From contig OZ251459.1 of assembly GCA_965242525.1 (NCBI GenBank), forward strand, positions 960,001 to 1,024,000: a stretch of 64,000 bases of DNA. The letters run 5' to 3'. The position numbers and the translations under genes were made by a program. Origin of the DNA: an uncultured Candidatus Binatia bacterium (GTDB lineage: Bacteria; Desulfobacterota; Binatia; UBA9968; JAJDTQ01). The notes beneath the pieces were generated by a model. It worked only from the letters and a program-made list of their open reading frames with translations. It had not been told where the DNA came from and searched no databases. Of this stretch, positions 51,735-61,375 are shown one piece after another. Position 1 is the first letter of the stretch. Every line of letters starts with the position of its first letter.

Positions 51735-53996
51735 ATGGGAGCCACGTTCAAGCGCCTCTTCATGCGACTGCTCAAGGTCTGCGCAACCCTGTGCCTGCTG
51801 GCGGTCCTGGCGGCCGCGGGATGGACGGGCTGGTACGTGTGGCAAGCCAGCGGCGTGGTGAAGGCCAAGTTCGAGGGGCGCAAGTGGGAGTTCCCCTCGA
51901 AGATCTACGCCGACAGCATGATCGTCTATCCGGGGCTGAAGGTTCCGGCGGACCGACTGCGGGAGAAGCTGCGCCGTCTGGGCTATCGACCGTCCCGGAA
52001 CCGGCCCGCGGCGAAAGGGGAGTACCGCATCCGCGCCAAGGCATCGGTGGTGGAGGTCTTCCTGCACGACTTCCGTTATCCCCTGCGGGACTTCCGGGGC
52101 TTCCCCGTGCGCATCTCCCTCCGGTCGGGGACCATCCGGCGCATACAGCGGCTCGACGACGGCGAGGTCCTTCCGTCCCTGGAGTTGGAGCCCGAGGTGG
52201 TCACGGGTTTCTACGACCGGGTGCGGGAACAGCGGCGGGTCGTGCGGCTGGAAGAGGTGCCGCCCATGGTGAAGAAGACGGTGCTGGCGGTGGAGGACGA
52301 GCGGTTCTACTACCATCGCGGCGTCGACCCGGTGGCGGTGATGCGGGCCTTCGTGGCCAACCTGTTGCGGGGAGGAGTGGTGCAGGGGGGCAGCACCCTG
52401 ACCCAGCAGCTCATGAAGAACTTCTTCCTGGAGAGCGAGCGCACCCTCGAGCGCAAGGTCAAGGAAGCGCTCATGGCCATGGTCACCGAATGGATGTACT
52501 CCAAGGAAGAGATCTTCGAGAACTACCTCAACGAGATCTACCTGGGCCAGAACGGCTCCCAGGGGATCTTCGGCATCTGGGAAGGCGCGCGCTTCTACTT
52601 CGTGAAGGAGCCCGAGCAACTGACGGTGGGCGAGGTCGCCATGCTGGCCGGGCTGATCCGCGCGCCGAACCGCTACTCCCCCTACCGGAACCTGGAGCGG
52701 GCCGTCCGGCGGCGCAACGTGGTGCTGGCCAAGCTGGTGAGGGACGGCCTAGTCACGCGGCCCGCGTACGAACGCGCGAGGCGGGAAGTCTTCGAGAAGC
52801 GGGAGCCGGTACGGGCCAGGAACCATGCCCCTTACTTCACCGACTACGTGAAGAAGGAGCTGGCCGAGCATTACAGCCACGACGCGTTGACCGCGGAAGG
52901 GCTGCGCATCTTCACGAGCCTCGACCTGGAGTTGCAACGGTCCGCGGCGCGGACCCTGTCCCGGGGCCTCGCCAAGCTGGAGAAGGACCACCGGCACCTG
53001 CGGCGCAGGTCCAGGACCGACGACCTGGAGGGCGCGCTGGTGGTCATCCAGCCGCAGACGGGCGAGATCAAGGCCATGGTCGGCGGACGGGACTACGGCA
53101 AGTCCCAGTTCAACCGCGTGGTCCAGGCCAGGAGGCAACCCGGCTCCGTGTTCAAGCCCTTCGTCTATCTGGCCGCCCTGACCCACGGCTCGTCCGAGAG
53201 CCGCGAGCCCTACCACAGCACCACCTACGTGGAGGACTCGCCGTTCACCTGGAGCTTCGGCCGCCAGGTGTGGGCGCCGGAGAACTACAACGACCGCTAT
53301 TTCGGCCAGGTCACCCTGCGCGAGGCCATGGAAAGGTCCCTGAACGCCGCCACCGCGCGCATCGCCCAGGACGTGGGCATCGGGAAGGTGCGCGAGATGG
53401 CTTATCGAATGGGCATCCAGAGCCGCCTTCCGCTGCTGCCTTCCCTGTCCCTGGGCGCGGTGGAAGTGACGCCCCTCGAAATGGCGGGGGCCTTCTCCGC
53501 CCTGGCCAACAACGGCGTCCGCACCCATCTCCTGTCCATCAAGAACGTGGTGGACCGCAACGGGACCGTGCTGGAGAAGGGGAACATCCGGGTGCAGCGC
53601 GTCATCTCCCCCGAAGTCGCCTTCGACATGAACAACATGTTGCGGGGCGTCATCGACCGGGGCACCGCGCGGAGCGTGCGCGAGGGGGGGTTCACCCGCC
53701 CCGCGGCAGGCAAGACGGGCACCACCAACGACACCCGGGACGCATGGTTCGCGGGTTATACCCCGGACCTCCTGGCCCTGGTATGGGTGGGCTTCGACCG
53801 TCAGTCGGAGTTGGGACTCCCCGGGTCCCGGGCGGCCCTGCCCATCTGGACGGACTTCATGAAACAGGCCACCGGCAGGCTGCCGGTCACCGACTTCGTC
53901 CCGCCGCCGGGGGTGTCGCCCCCCGAACGCGAAGCGCGCCGGCGCGCCGGGAGTCAACGGAGGGGACCTCTGAACCATTCCCCCCGTTCGTCCTGA
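51735..53996 (+). CDS. mrcB: Class A penicillin-binding protein (PBP1B-like)
   Basis: TM anchor, UB2H-like segment, EDERFYYHRG, GGSTLTQQL, RKVKEA, PGSVFKP, SLN, KTGT; last codons and stop lie inside a MITE. Confidence 0.88.
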   Translation: MGATFKRLFMRLLKVCATLCLLAVLAAAGWTGWYVWQASGVVKAKFEGRKWEFPSKIYADSMIVYPGLKVPADRLREKLRRLGYRPSRNRPAAKGEYRIRAKASVVEVFLHDFRYPLRDFRGFPVRISLRSGTIRRIQRLDDGEVLPSLELEPEVVTGFYDRVREQRRVVRLEEVPPMVKKTVLAVEDERFYYHRGVDPVAVMRAFVANLLRGGVVQGGSTLTQQLMKNFFLESERTLERKVKEALMAMVTEWMYSKEEIFENYLNEIYLGQNGSQGIFGIWEGARFYFVKEPEQLTVGEVAMLAGLIRAPNRYSPYRNLERAVRRRNVVLAKLVRDGLVTRPAYERARREVFEKREPVRARNHAPYFTDYVKKELAEHYSHDALTAEGLRIFTSLDLELQRSAARTLSRGLAKLEKDHRHLRRRSRTDDLEGALVVIQPQTGEIKAMVGGRDYGKSQFNRVVQARRQPGSVFKPFVYLAALTHGSSESREPYHSTTYVEDSPFTWSFGRQVWAPENYNDRYFGQVTLREAMERSLNAATARIAQDVGIGKVREMAYRMGIQSRLPLLPSLSLGAVEVTPLEMAGAFSALANNGVRTHLLSIKNVVDRNGTVLEKGNIRVQRVISPEVAFDMNNMLRGVIDRGTARSVREGGFTRPAAGKTGTTNDTRDAWFAGYTPDLLALVWVGFDRQSELGLPGSRAALPIWTDFMKQATGRLPVTDFVPPPGVSPPEREARRRAGSQRRGPLNHSPRSS

Positions 53997-54067
53997 GCGT
54001 AGCGAAGTCGAAGGACGCGCTTTCCCATGGGAGAGCGCGCCTCGAGCCAGAATCGTTCCGAGGTTCC
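53963..54067. mobile_element. MITE-like element with REP-like core and GGAG target-site duplication
   Basis: Ends gggacctctgaaccatt / aatcgttccgaggttcc; GGAG on both flanks. Confidence 0.8.
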
Positions 54068-54078
54068 GGAGGTGGGTC

Positions 54079-55068
54079 ATGATCGTGTTGGGGATCGAGA
54101 CGTCGTGCGACGATACCGCGGCCGCGGTGGTGGAGGACGGCAGGTCCGTGCGGGCCAACCTGGTGTCGTCCCAGGACGCGGTGCACGCGCCCTACGGCGG
54201 CATCGTGCCCGAGATGGCTTCGCGCCAGCACGTCCGCGCCATCCAGCCCATGGTGGACCGGGCGCTGGACCGGGCCGGCGTCGCCGCCGGGGACCTGGAC
54301 GGGTTGGCGGTCACCTACGGCCCCGGGTTGACCGGGTCGCTGCTGGTGGGCCTCTCGTTCGTGAAGGCGTGGTCCTTCCGTTCGGGCATCCCCTACGCAG
54401 GGGTCAACCACCTGGAAGCCCACGTGCTGTCCATCTTCCTGGAGCAGGAGGTGGAGTTCCCCTACGTGGCCCTGGTGGCCTCGGGAGGACACACTCTGCT
54501 CTACGTGGTCCGGTCCTTCGGCGAGTACCAGCACCTGGGCGGCACCCTCGACGACGCCGCGGGGGAAGCCTACGACAAGGTGGCCAAGATGATGGGGCTG
54601 GGTTTCCCGGGCGGGCGCGTCATCGACGAACTGGCCAGGAAAGGGGACCCGGGCGCGGTGGCCTTTCCCCGGGCCCGTCTGCGCAACCCCTACGACTTCA
54701 GCTTCAGCGGGGTGAAGACCTCAGTCTGGCGCTACCTCGGCCGGGACGACCGGTGGCGGGACCGGATGGCCGACGTTGCGGCGAGCTTCCAGGAGGCGGT
54801 GGTGGACATGTTGATGGCGCCCACGCTGCGGGCCGCGGCCGACCTGGGCATCGAACGCATCGTCCTGGGGGGAGGGGTCTCCGCCAACAGCCGTCTGCGC
54901 GGGAAGCTGGGCGAGAAGGCCGCGGAGGCGGGCGCGGAGCTCTACTACCCGTCTCTGGCCTTCTGCACCGACAACGGCGCCATGGTGGCGCTGGTGGGAA
55001 GCCACCGGCTGGAGCAGGGCCGCGGCAGCGGTCCGCGGCTGAACGCCGACCCCGGCCTGATCCTCTGA
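54079..55068 (+). CDS. tsaD: tRNA N6-adenosine threonylcarbamoyltransferase
   Basis: LGIETSCDDT, GGIVPEMASRQH, NHLEAH, ASGGHT, DDAAGEAYDK, FSFSG.KT, CTDNGAM. Confidence 0.96.
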   Translation: MIVLGIETSCDDTAAAVVEDGRSVRANLVSSQDAVHAPYGGIVPEMASRQHVRAIQPMVDRALDRAGVAAGDLDGLAVTYGPGLTGSLLVGLSFVKAWSFRSGIPYAGVNHLEAHVLSIFLEQEVEFPYVALVASGGHTLLYVVRSFGEYQHLGGTLDDAAGEAYDKVAKMMGLGFPGGRVIDELARKGDPGAVAFPRARLRNPYDFSFSGVKTSVWRYLGRDDRWRDRMADVAASFQEAVVDMLMAPTLRAAADLGIERIVLGGGVSANSRLRGKLGEKAAEAGAELYYPSLAFCTDNGAMVALVGSHRLEQGRGSGPRLNADPGLIL

Positions 55069-55103
55069 CCGGCGCACCCGCGGGCGGGCGCGGCCGCTTG
55101 CCA

Positions 55104-55955
55104 ATGGCGACCCTTCATCAGGAGGCGAGGACGGCCTGGCGGGTATTGGGCCTCAGGCCGAGCAGGGCCCGGGGCCAGAACTTCCTCGTCCACCAGCGCG
55201 TCATCGACTCCATCCTCCGGCTCCTGGAGCTCGGCGAGGACGACCGTATCCTGGAAGTGGGACCGGGACTGGGCTTCGTCACCCGTTGCCTGGTGGGGGA
55301 GGACCGGGAGGTCTGGGGAATCGAGGTGGACCCCCTGCTGGCCAAGTGGCTGCGCGACGATCCCCTCGGGTCGCACAGGGGGTTCCACCTGGTGCACGAG
55401 GACGTGCTGGACACGGACTTCGACCGCCTCCTGCCCGGAGGCAGGGTCAAGGTGGTGGGGAACCTTCCCTACAGCGTCGCCGGCCCGGTGCTGCTGCGCC
55501 TCTTCGAGGAGGGGCGGCACTTCTCCCGGCTCGTGGTGATGCTCCAGAAGGAGGTGGCCCAAAGGCTCGCGGCCGAGCCCGGCGCCCGCTCCTACGGCGC
55601 CCTGTCCGTGTGGACCCGGCTGTACGGTCGGGTGACCCGAAAGGCGCCGGTGGCGCCGGAAGCCTTCACCCCGCGTCCCAAGGTCCACTCGACGCTGTTG
55701 CGGATGGATCTGTACGAGCAGCCGCTGGTCCCCGCAGAAGAGATCCCGCGGCTGCGCGCGGTGGTGCGGGCGGGGTTCGCCCAAAGGCGCAAGATGCTGG
55801 GCAACGCTCTGGCGCCGCTCTTCGACCGTGAGGCCGAGGCCATATTCGGGAACGCCGGCATCGATCCCCGACGGCGGGCCGAGACCCTGGACCTGCACGA
55901 GTTCGGCCGGCTGGCCAGAGCCTTCGGGGACGCCGCCCGCGAGCCCGGCCGCTAA
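55104..55955 (+). CDS. rsmA: 16S rRNA m6(2)A dimethyltransferase
   Basis: GQNFL, EVGPGLG, GNLPYS, MLQKEVAQR, YGALSV, F.QRRKML, RRAETL. Confidence 0.95.
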   Translation: MATLHQEARTAWRVLGLRPSRARGQNFLVHQRVIDSILRLLELGEDDRILEVGPGLGFVTRCLVGEDREVWGIEVDPLLAKWLRDDPLGSHRGFHLVHEDVLDTDFDRLLPGGRVKVVGNLPYSVAGPVLLRLFEEGRHFSRLVVMLQKEVAQRLAAEPGARSYGALSVWTRLYGRVTRKAPVAPEAFTPRPKVHSTLLRMDLYEQPLVPAEEIPRLRAVVRAGFAQRRKMLGNALAPLFDREAEAIFGNAGIDPRRRAETLDLHEFGRLARAFGDAAREPGR

Positions 55956-55988
55956 GACCCGAAACCGGCGCCCGAAAGGACCCTCCCC

Positions 55989-56810
55989 ATGCCCGAACTG
56001 CCCGAGGTCGAGACCGTATGCCGCACGCTCCATCGGCGGCTCCGCGGTGTGAAGATCCTCCGGGTCCGCGTGGTGGAAAGCCGCTTGCGGCAACCGGTGG
56101 CCGCGGACTTCGCCGCCCGGCTCCGGGGCAGGACCGTGGCATCGGTGACCCGGCGCGGGAAGTACGTCCTGGCCGCGCTGGACCGCGGCTGGACCTGGGT
56201 CTCGCACCTGGGCATGTCCGGCAAGCTCACCCTCCGGGCGCCCGGGGCGCCCCTGGACAGGCACGACCACATCGTGTTCCGGCTGGCGGACGGCGGGGAG
56301 CTGCGCTACCACGACCCGCGCCGGTTCGGGTTGTGCGTGGTCCTGCCGGACTCGGAGGTGGAGGCTTGGCCGCCCCTGGCCCGGCTCGGGCCGGACCCGC
56401 TGGACCCGCGGTTCACCGGGGACTACCTCTATCCGTTCCTGCACCGCTCCCGCCGGAACGTCCGGGACCTGCTGCTGGACCAGCAGGTGGTCGCGGGCCT
56501 CGGCAACATCTACGTGAACGAGGCGCTGTTCCGCATCGGGGTCCGTCCCACCCGCCGGGGCTTGCGGATCTCCAGGGCGCTCACCGGGGAGCTGGTGGGC
56601 GAGGTCACCGCGCTGCTGCGCGAGGCCATCCGATGGCGCGGCTCTTCGGTGTCGGACTACCGCGACGGCAACGACCACCGGGGGGGCTTCCAACTGCGCC
56701 TGCGGGTGTATGGCCGGGAGGGGGAGCCCTGCCGTAGCTGCGGCGCGCTCGTCAAGCGCATGGGGCTGGGGAACCGCGGGGCCTTCTACTGTCCCCGGTG
56801 CCAGGCGTAG
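55989..56810 (+). CDS. mutM: Formamidopyrimidine-DNA glycosylase
   Basis: MPELPEVET, RRGKY, HLGMSG, DPRRFG, GLGNIY, zinc finger CRSC...YCPRCQ. Confidence 0.96.
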   Translation: MPELPEVETVCRTLHRRLRGVKILRVRVVESRLRQPVAADFAARLRGRTVASVTRRGKYVLAALDRGWTWVSHLGMSGKLTLRAPGAPLDRHDHIVFRLADGGELRYHDPRRFGLCVVLPDSEVEAWPPLARLGPDPLDPRFTGDYLYPFLHRSRRNVRDLLLDQQVVAGLGNIYVNEALFRIGVRPTRRGLRISRALTGELVGEVTALLREAIRWRGSSVSDYRDGNDHRGGFQLRLRVYGREGEPCRSCGALVKRMGLGNRGAFYCPRCQA

Positions 56811-56823
56811 CGCCGCCGGCGCC

Positions 56824-57351
56824 TCATCCCACCACCTCGTAGTCGCCGCCCAGGTAGCTCCTGCACAGCCCGCGGTAGGTGGAGGATCCCATCTGGATCC
56901 AGTTGAGGGCTTCGCCGCCGATCTCCTTCTTGACCTTCGCCGGGCTGCCCGCGGCCAGGCATCGGGGGGGGATTCGGGTGTGGGGCACCACCACGCTGCC
57001 CGCGGCGATGAGCGACTCCTCGCCGACCTCGGTGTCCTCCAGCAGGGTGGCGTTCATGCCGATGATGGCGGAACGCCGGATGGTGCAGCCTTCCATGACC
57101 GCGGCGTGGCCGACGGTCACGTCTTCCTCGATGACCACCGCCCCTTCGCCGGAATGGAGCACGCAGTTGTCCTGGATGCTGGTCCTCGCCCCGATGACGA
57201 TGGGGTTCCGGTTCTCGTCGGAGCGGAGCACCGCGCCGAACCAGATGCTCGCTTCGGGGCCGACCGTGACGTCGCCGATGAGCACCGCGGTGGGGGCCAC
57301 GAAGGCCTGGGGGGAGACGTTGGGGCGGCGCCCCTTGTACCGGATGAGCAT
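56824..57351 (-). CDS. Gamma-carbonic anhydrase-like hexapeptide repeat protein
   Basis: AFVAPTA.LIGDV.VG, IQDNCVLH, VTVGH, AGSPAKV. Confidence 0.88.
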   Translation of the reverse strand: MLIRYKGRRPNVSPQAFVAPTAVLIGDVTVGPEASIWFGAVLRSDENRNPIVIGARTSIQDNCVLHSGEGAVVIEEDVTVGHAAVMEGCTIRRSAIIGMNATLLEDTEVGEESLIAAGSVVVPHTRIPPRCLAAGSPAKVKKEIGGEALNWIQMGSSTYRGLCRSYLGGDYEVVG

Positions 57352-57388
57352 TCACGGCCTCCTTCGGCCCGACGGCCGACGGTCTCGG

Positions 57389-57518
57389 GGAGCCTCCGAG
57401 CGATCGGAGGCGCATGGGCGCGTCCTTCGACCTGGCTCCGCTGCGCTCAGGACCAACGGGGACGGGGACGTCAGGGTGGGGGAATCCATCCCGGACGTCT
57501 CGATGGTCCAGAGGCTCC
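57389..57518. mobile_element. Degenerate MITE-like element with REP-like core
   Basis: Ends ggagcctccgagcgatcg / cgatggtccagaggctcc; abuts the lhgO stop. Confidence 0.7.
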
Positions 57519-58754
57519 TCATGTGGTTTCGAGGGCGCGCGCCGCGCTCCGGCAGACCTCGTCGGCGATCCCCAGGGACGAGGTGGCGCCCGGAGACGGG
57601 GCGTTGAGGACGTGGACCGCGCCTTCGGACTCGGCGATGACGAAGTCGTCCACGAGCTTGCCGCTGGCCGACACCGCCTGGGCGCGCACGCCGGCGCCGC
57701 GGTACACCAGGTCTTCCGACCGGACCTCCGGGACCAGACGCTGGAGCTCCCGGACGAAGGCGCGCTTGTCGAAGGAGCGGCGGAGCTCCGGCAGCGAGGT
57801 CTTCCAGTGCTTTCGCGCCATGGCCCAGAACCCGCGGTAGGAGAAGATCTCGTACAGGTCCCGGAGGTTCAAGTCGGTTTGGCGGTAGCCTTGCCGCGCG
57901 AACGCCAGGACGGCGTTGGGACCCACCTCCACGCGGCCGTGGACCGTCGGGGTGAAGTGCACTCCCAGGAACGGGAACCGGGGGTCGGGCACGGGATAGA
58001 CGAGTCCCTTGACCAGGGACTTCCGGTCCTCCGTGAGGCGGTGGTACTCGCCCCGGAACGGGACGATCCGGACAGGTTCGTCCACGCCGTTCCGGACGCC
58101 GGAGGCGAACCCCGGGGTCATGTCCGCCACCCGGTCCACGAACAGTCCGGCGCAGTTGACGAGCGTGCGGGTCTCCACTGGGTCCAGGGAGGTCTCCAGC
58201 ACGAACCCCCGGGACGACCGGGCGACGCCGGTCAGCTCGCAGGACGTCCGGATGACGCCTCCGCGGGCGCGGAACTGCCGCGCGTACGCACGGGCCACCT
58301 CCCCGAAGTCGATGATCCCGGTGAACGGGGCGTGGAGGGCGCGCAGTCCGGCGCAGTGGGGCTCGATCTCCCGCAGCTCCCCGGGTCCGATCATGCGGAC
58401 GCCTTCGACGCCGTTGGCCCCGGCCCGGCGGTGCAACTCCTCCAGGCGCGGGACCTCCTCCGGGCGGGTGGCGACGATGACCTTGCCGCAGAGGTCGTAG
58501 CGGATGCCGTGCTCGTCGCAGAACTCCAGCAGCGCCTTCTTCCCGGCCACGCACGTCTGCGCCTTCACCGACCCCGGCCGGTAGTAGATGCCGGAGTGGA
58601 GCACGCCGCTGTTATGGCCGGTCTGGTGCGCGCCGAGCTCCGGCTCCTTCTCCAGCAGGGCGCACCGCAGCCCGGGATGCTCCTGGCCCAGGCGCATGGC
58701 CGTGGCCAACCCGACGATGCCGCCGCCGATGACCGTCAGATCGAACGTTTCCAT
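57519..58754 (-). CDS. lhgO: L-2-hydroxyglutarate oxidase
   Basis: IGGGIVGLA, HQTGHNSGVLHSGIYY.PGS, FRGEY, YPVPDPRFPFLGVH, GVRAQA, NAPSPGATSS. Confidence 0.92.
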   Translation of the reverse strand: METFDLTVIGGGIVGLATAMRLGQEHPGLRCALLEKEPELGAHQTGHNSGVLHSGIYYRPGSVKAQTCVAGKKALLEFCDEHGIRYDLCGKVIVATRPEEVPRLEELHRRAGANGVEGVRMIGPGELREIEPHCAGLRALHAPFTGIIDFGEVARAYARQFRARGGVIRTSCELTGVARSSRGFVLETSLDPVETRTLVNCAGLFVDRVADMTPGFASGVRNGVDEPVRIVPFRGEYHRLTEDRKSLVKGLVYPVPDPRFPFLGVHFTPTVHGRVEVGPNAVLAFARQGYRQTDLNLRDLYEIFSYRGFWAMARKHWKTSLPELRRSFDKRAFVRELQRLVPEVRSEDLVYRGAGVRAQAVSASGKLVDDFVIAESEGAVHVLNAPSPGATSSLGIADEVCRSAARALETT

Positions 58755-58759
58755 GGAAA

Positions 58760-58899
58760 GGAACCCCTGAACGATCAGGCAGAGGGCATGAGCGCGTCCT
58801 TCGACTTCGCTTCGCTACGCTCAGGACGAACGGAAACGGGGGCGTCAGGGTGAGGGAATCGGGAATCCATCCTGGATTTCTTGATCGTTCAGAGGTTCC
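58760..58899. mobile_element. MITE-like element with REP-like core and GAAA target-site duplication
   Basis: Ends ggaacccctgaacgatca / tgatcgttcagaggttcc; GAAA on both flanks; 5 bp upstream of the lhgO ATG. Confidence 0.85.
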
Positions 58900-59065
58900 G
58901 AAAGACCGGGGAGGGGCCGCGGGCGTCCCTGGTCCCGCGGGGACACTAGCAGCTTCTTCCTGTCCGTGTCCAGCGAGAGGATTTCCCCTGTGCCGGGGCT
59001 GCCGGGCCGGACAGGATGACATCCGAACGAAATCCCCCGTTCGTCCCGAGTCCGTCGGTGCGGGC

Positions 59066-59125
59066 GCCCACGCCGTCATTCCCGCGAAAGCCCACGCCGT
59101 CATTCCCGCGAAAGCGGGAATCCAG
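59066..59125. repeat. 24-bp tandem duplication ending in a dRS3-like palindrome
   Basis: gcccacgccgtcattcccgcgaaa x2, then gcgggaatccag. Confidence 0.85.
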
Positions 59126-59297
59126 AGATCCCACTCGAAAGCCTGAAGCGCCCTAAAGTTCGACGCCGACCCGTCGATCTACTCTCCTATGGAACCTGAA
59201 ACGACCACTCCTTCCTTCCTGCCGCCGGGGCGCTCCGCCTTTGCTTCGGCATCGGGTGGTTTTGCACATCCGCGTCTCCCGATGGTATCTCTTGGAC

Positions 59298-61325
59298 ATG
59301 CTCAAGGAGAGGAAGGAGGGGCGGTTTCGCCTGGTGGCGGACTTCGAGCCGCGGGGGGACCAGCCCGGAGCCATCGAGCGGCTGGCGGAGGGACTGGAGC
59401 AGGGGCTGCCCCACCAAGTGCTGCTGGGAGTGACCGGCTCGGGCAAGACCTTTACCATGGCCAACGTCATCAGCCGGATCAACCGTCCGACCCTGGTGAT
59501 CGCCCCCAACAAGACCTTGGCGGCCCAGCTCTACAACGAGTTCCGGCTGCTCCTGCCCGACAACGCGGTCCGTTACTTCATCAGCTACTACGACTACTAC
59601 CAACCCGAGGCCTACGTTCCCGCCACCGACACCTACATCGCCAAGGACGCTTCCATCAACGACGAGATCGACAAGCTGCGCCACGCCGCCACCATGGCCC
59701 TGCTGGAGCGCCGGGACGTGGTGATCGTCGCCAGCGTCTCCTGCATCTACGGCCTGGGCTCGCCCGAAGCCTACTTCGACCTGATGGTCTATCTCGAAGA
59801 AGGCATGCGCATCGACCGCGACCGGATGCTGCGGAAGCTGGTGGACATCCAGTACGAGCGCGTGGACTACGACTTCCATCGCGGGACGTTCCGGGTGAGG
59901 GGGGACACGGTGGAGGTGTTCCCGGCCTACGAGGACAAGTCGGCCTTGCGCATCGAGTTCTTCGACGACGTGGTGGAGTCGTTGCTGGAGGTGGACCCCC
60001 TGCGCGGCCGGGTGCGCCGCCGCGTGGACAAGGCCACGGTCTATCCCGCAAGCCACTACGTCACCACCTCGGAGCGCATGAAGGCGGCGGTGGCCGCCAT
60101 CCGCGAAGAGCTCGCCGAGCGGCTCGCAGAGCTCAAGCGGGAGGACAAGCTGCTGGAAGCCCAGCGCCTCCGGCAGAGGACCCTCTACGACTTGGAGCTG
60201 CTGGAGGAGATGGGCTCCTGCCCGGGCCTGGAGAACTATTCCCGGCACCTGACCGGAAGGCGTCCCGGAGAGCCTCCGCCCACGCTGTTGAGCTATTTCC
60301 CGGAGGACTACGTGCTGTTCGTGGACGAGAGCCACGTGACCGTGTCGCAGATCGGAGGCATGTACCGCGGGGACCGCTCCCGCAAGGAGACCCTGGTGGA
60401 GTTCGGGTTCCGGCTGCCGTCGGCCCTGGACAACCGCCCGCTCAACTTCGAGGAGTTCGAGTCCAACGTGAAACAGACCGTCTATGTCTCCGCGACCCCT
60501 GCCGAATACGAGATACGGAAGAGCCGCAACGTCCGGGTGGAGCAGTTGATCCGGCCCACCGGGCTCACCGACCCGGAGATCCGGGTGCGCCCCGCGGCCG
60601 CCCAAGTGGACGACCTGCTGGAGGAGATCCGCAAGCGCACCGCGGTCAACGCCCGGGTGCTGGTGACGACCCTTACCAAGCGCATGGCCGAGGACCTCAC
60701 CGACTACTACCAGGACCTCGACGTCAAGGTCCGCTACCTGCACTCGGACATCGACGCCATCGAACGGGTGGAGATCATCCGCGACCTGCGCAAGGGGGTC
60801 TTCGACGTACTGGTGGGCATCAACCTGCTGCGGGAAGGGCTGGACCTGCCGGAGGTCTCCCTGGTGGCCATACTCGACGCGGACAAGGAGGGCTTCCTGC
60901 GTTCGGAGCGGTCCCTGATCCAGACCATCGGCCGGGCCGCGCGCAACGTGGACGGCACGGTGATCCTGTATGCCGACGTCATGACCGATTCCATGAAGCA
61001 GGCCATCGGCGAGACCGAACGGCGGCGGCGGGTGCAGCAGGCGTTCAACCGGGAGCATGGCATCGTTCCCCGGAGCGTGGTCAAGCAGATCGACGAGCCG
61101 CTGATACAGGTTTACGACGCCGACTACGTGGACGTCCCGCTGGTGGCCGACCATGCGCCGCCCCCGGGCGAGATCCCCCGCATGGTGCAGAAGCTCAGGA
61201 AGGAGATGAAGCAGGCGTCGGACCGACTGGAGTTCGAGAAGGCGGCCGAGCTCCGGGACCGCATCCGGGCGCTGCAAGAACAGGAGTTGTCCGGTCCGTA
61301 CCTGTCCAGGGGCCTGTCCGGGTAG
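59298..61325 (+). CDS. uvrB: Excinuclease ABC subunit B
   Basis: [60 protein letters not shown]-terminal UVR domain. Confidence 0.97.
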   Translation: MLKERKEGRFRLVADFEPRGDQPGAIERLAEGLEQGLPHQVLLGVTGSGKTFTMANVISRINRPTLVIAPNKTLAAQLYNEFRLLLPDNAVRYFISYYDYYQPEAYVPATDTYIAKDASINDEIDKLRHAATMALLERRDVVIVASVSCIYGLGSPEAYFDLMVYLEEGMRIDRDRMLRKLVDIQYERVDYDFHRGTFRVRGDTVEVFPAYEDKSALRIEFFDDVVESLLEVDPLRGRVRRRVDKATVYPASHYVTTSERMKAAVAAIREELAERLAELKREDKLLEAQRLRQRTLYDLELLEEMGSCPGLENYSRHLTGRRPGEPPPTLLSYFPEDYVLFVDESHVTVSQIGGMYRGDRSRKETLVEFGFRLPSALDNRPLNFEEFESNVKQTVYVSATPAEYEIRKSRNVRVEQLIRPTGLTDPEIRVRPAAAQVDDLLEEIRKRTAVNARVLVTTLTKRMAEDLTDYYQDLDVKVRYLHSDIDAIERVEIIRDLRKGVFDVLVGINLLREGLDLPEVSLVAILDADKEGFLRSERSLIQTIGRAARNVDGTVILYADVMTDSMKQAIGETERRRRVQQAFNREHGIVPRSVVKQIDEPLIQVYDADYVDVPLVADHAPPPGEIPRMVQKLRKEMKQASDRLEFEKAAELRDRIRALQEQELSGPYLSRGLSG

Positions 61326-61375
61326 GCGGGCGCGGCCGTCCCACGTGCGCCCGGACGGCTTCCCGGATTCCAGCC

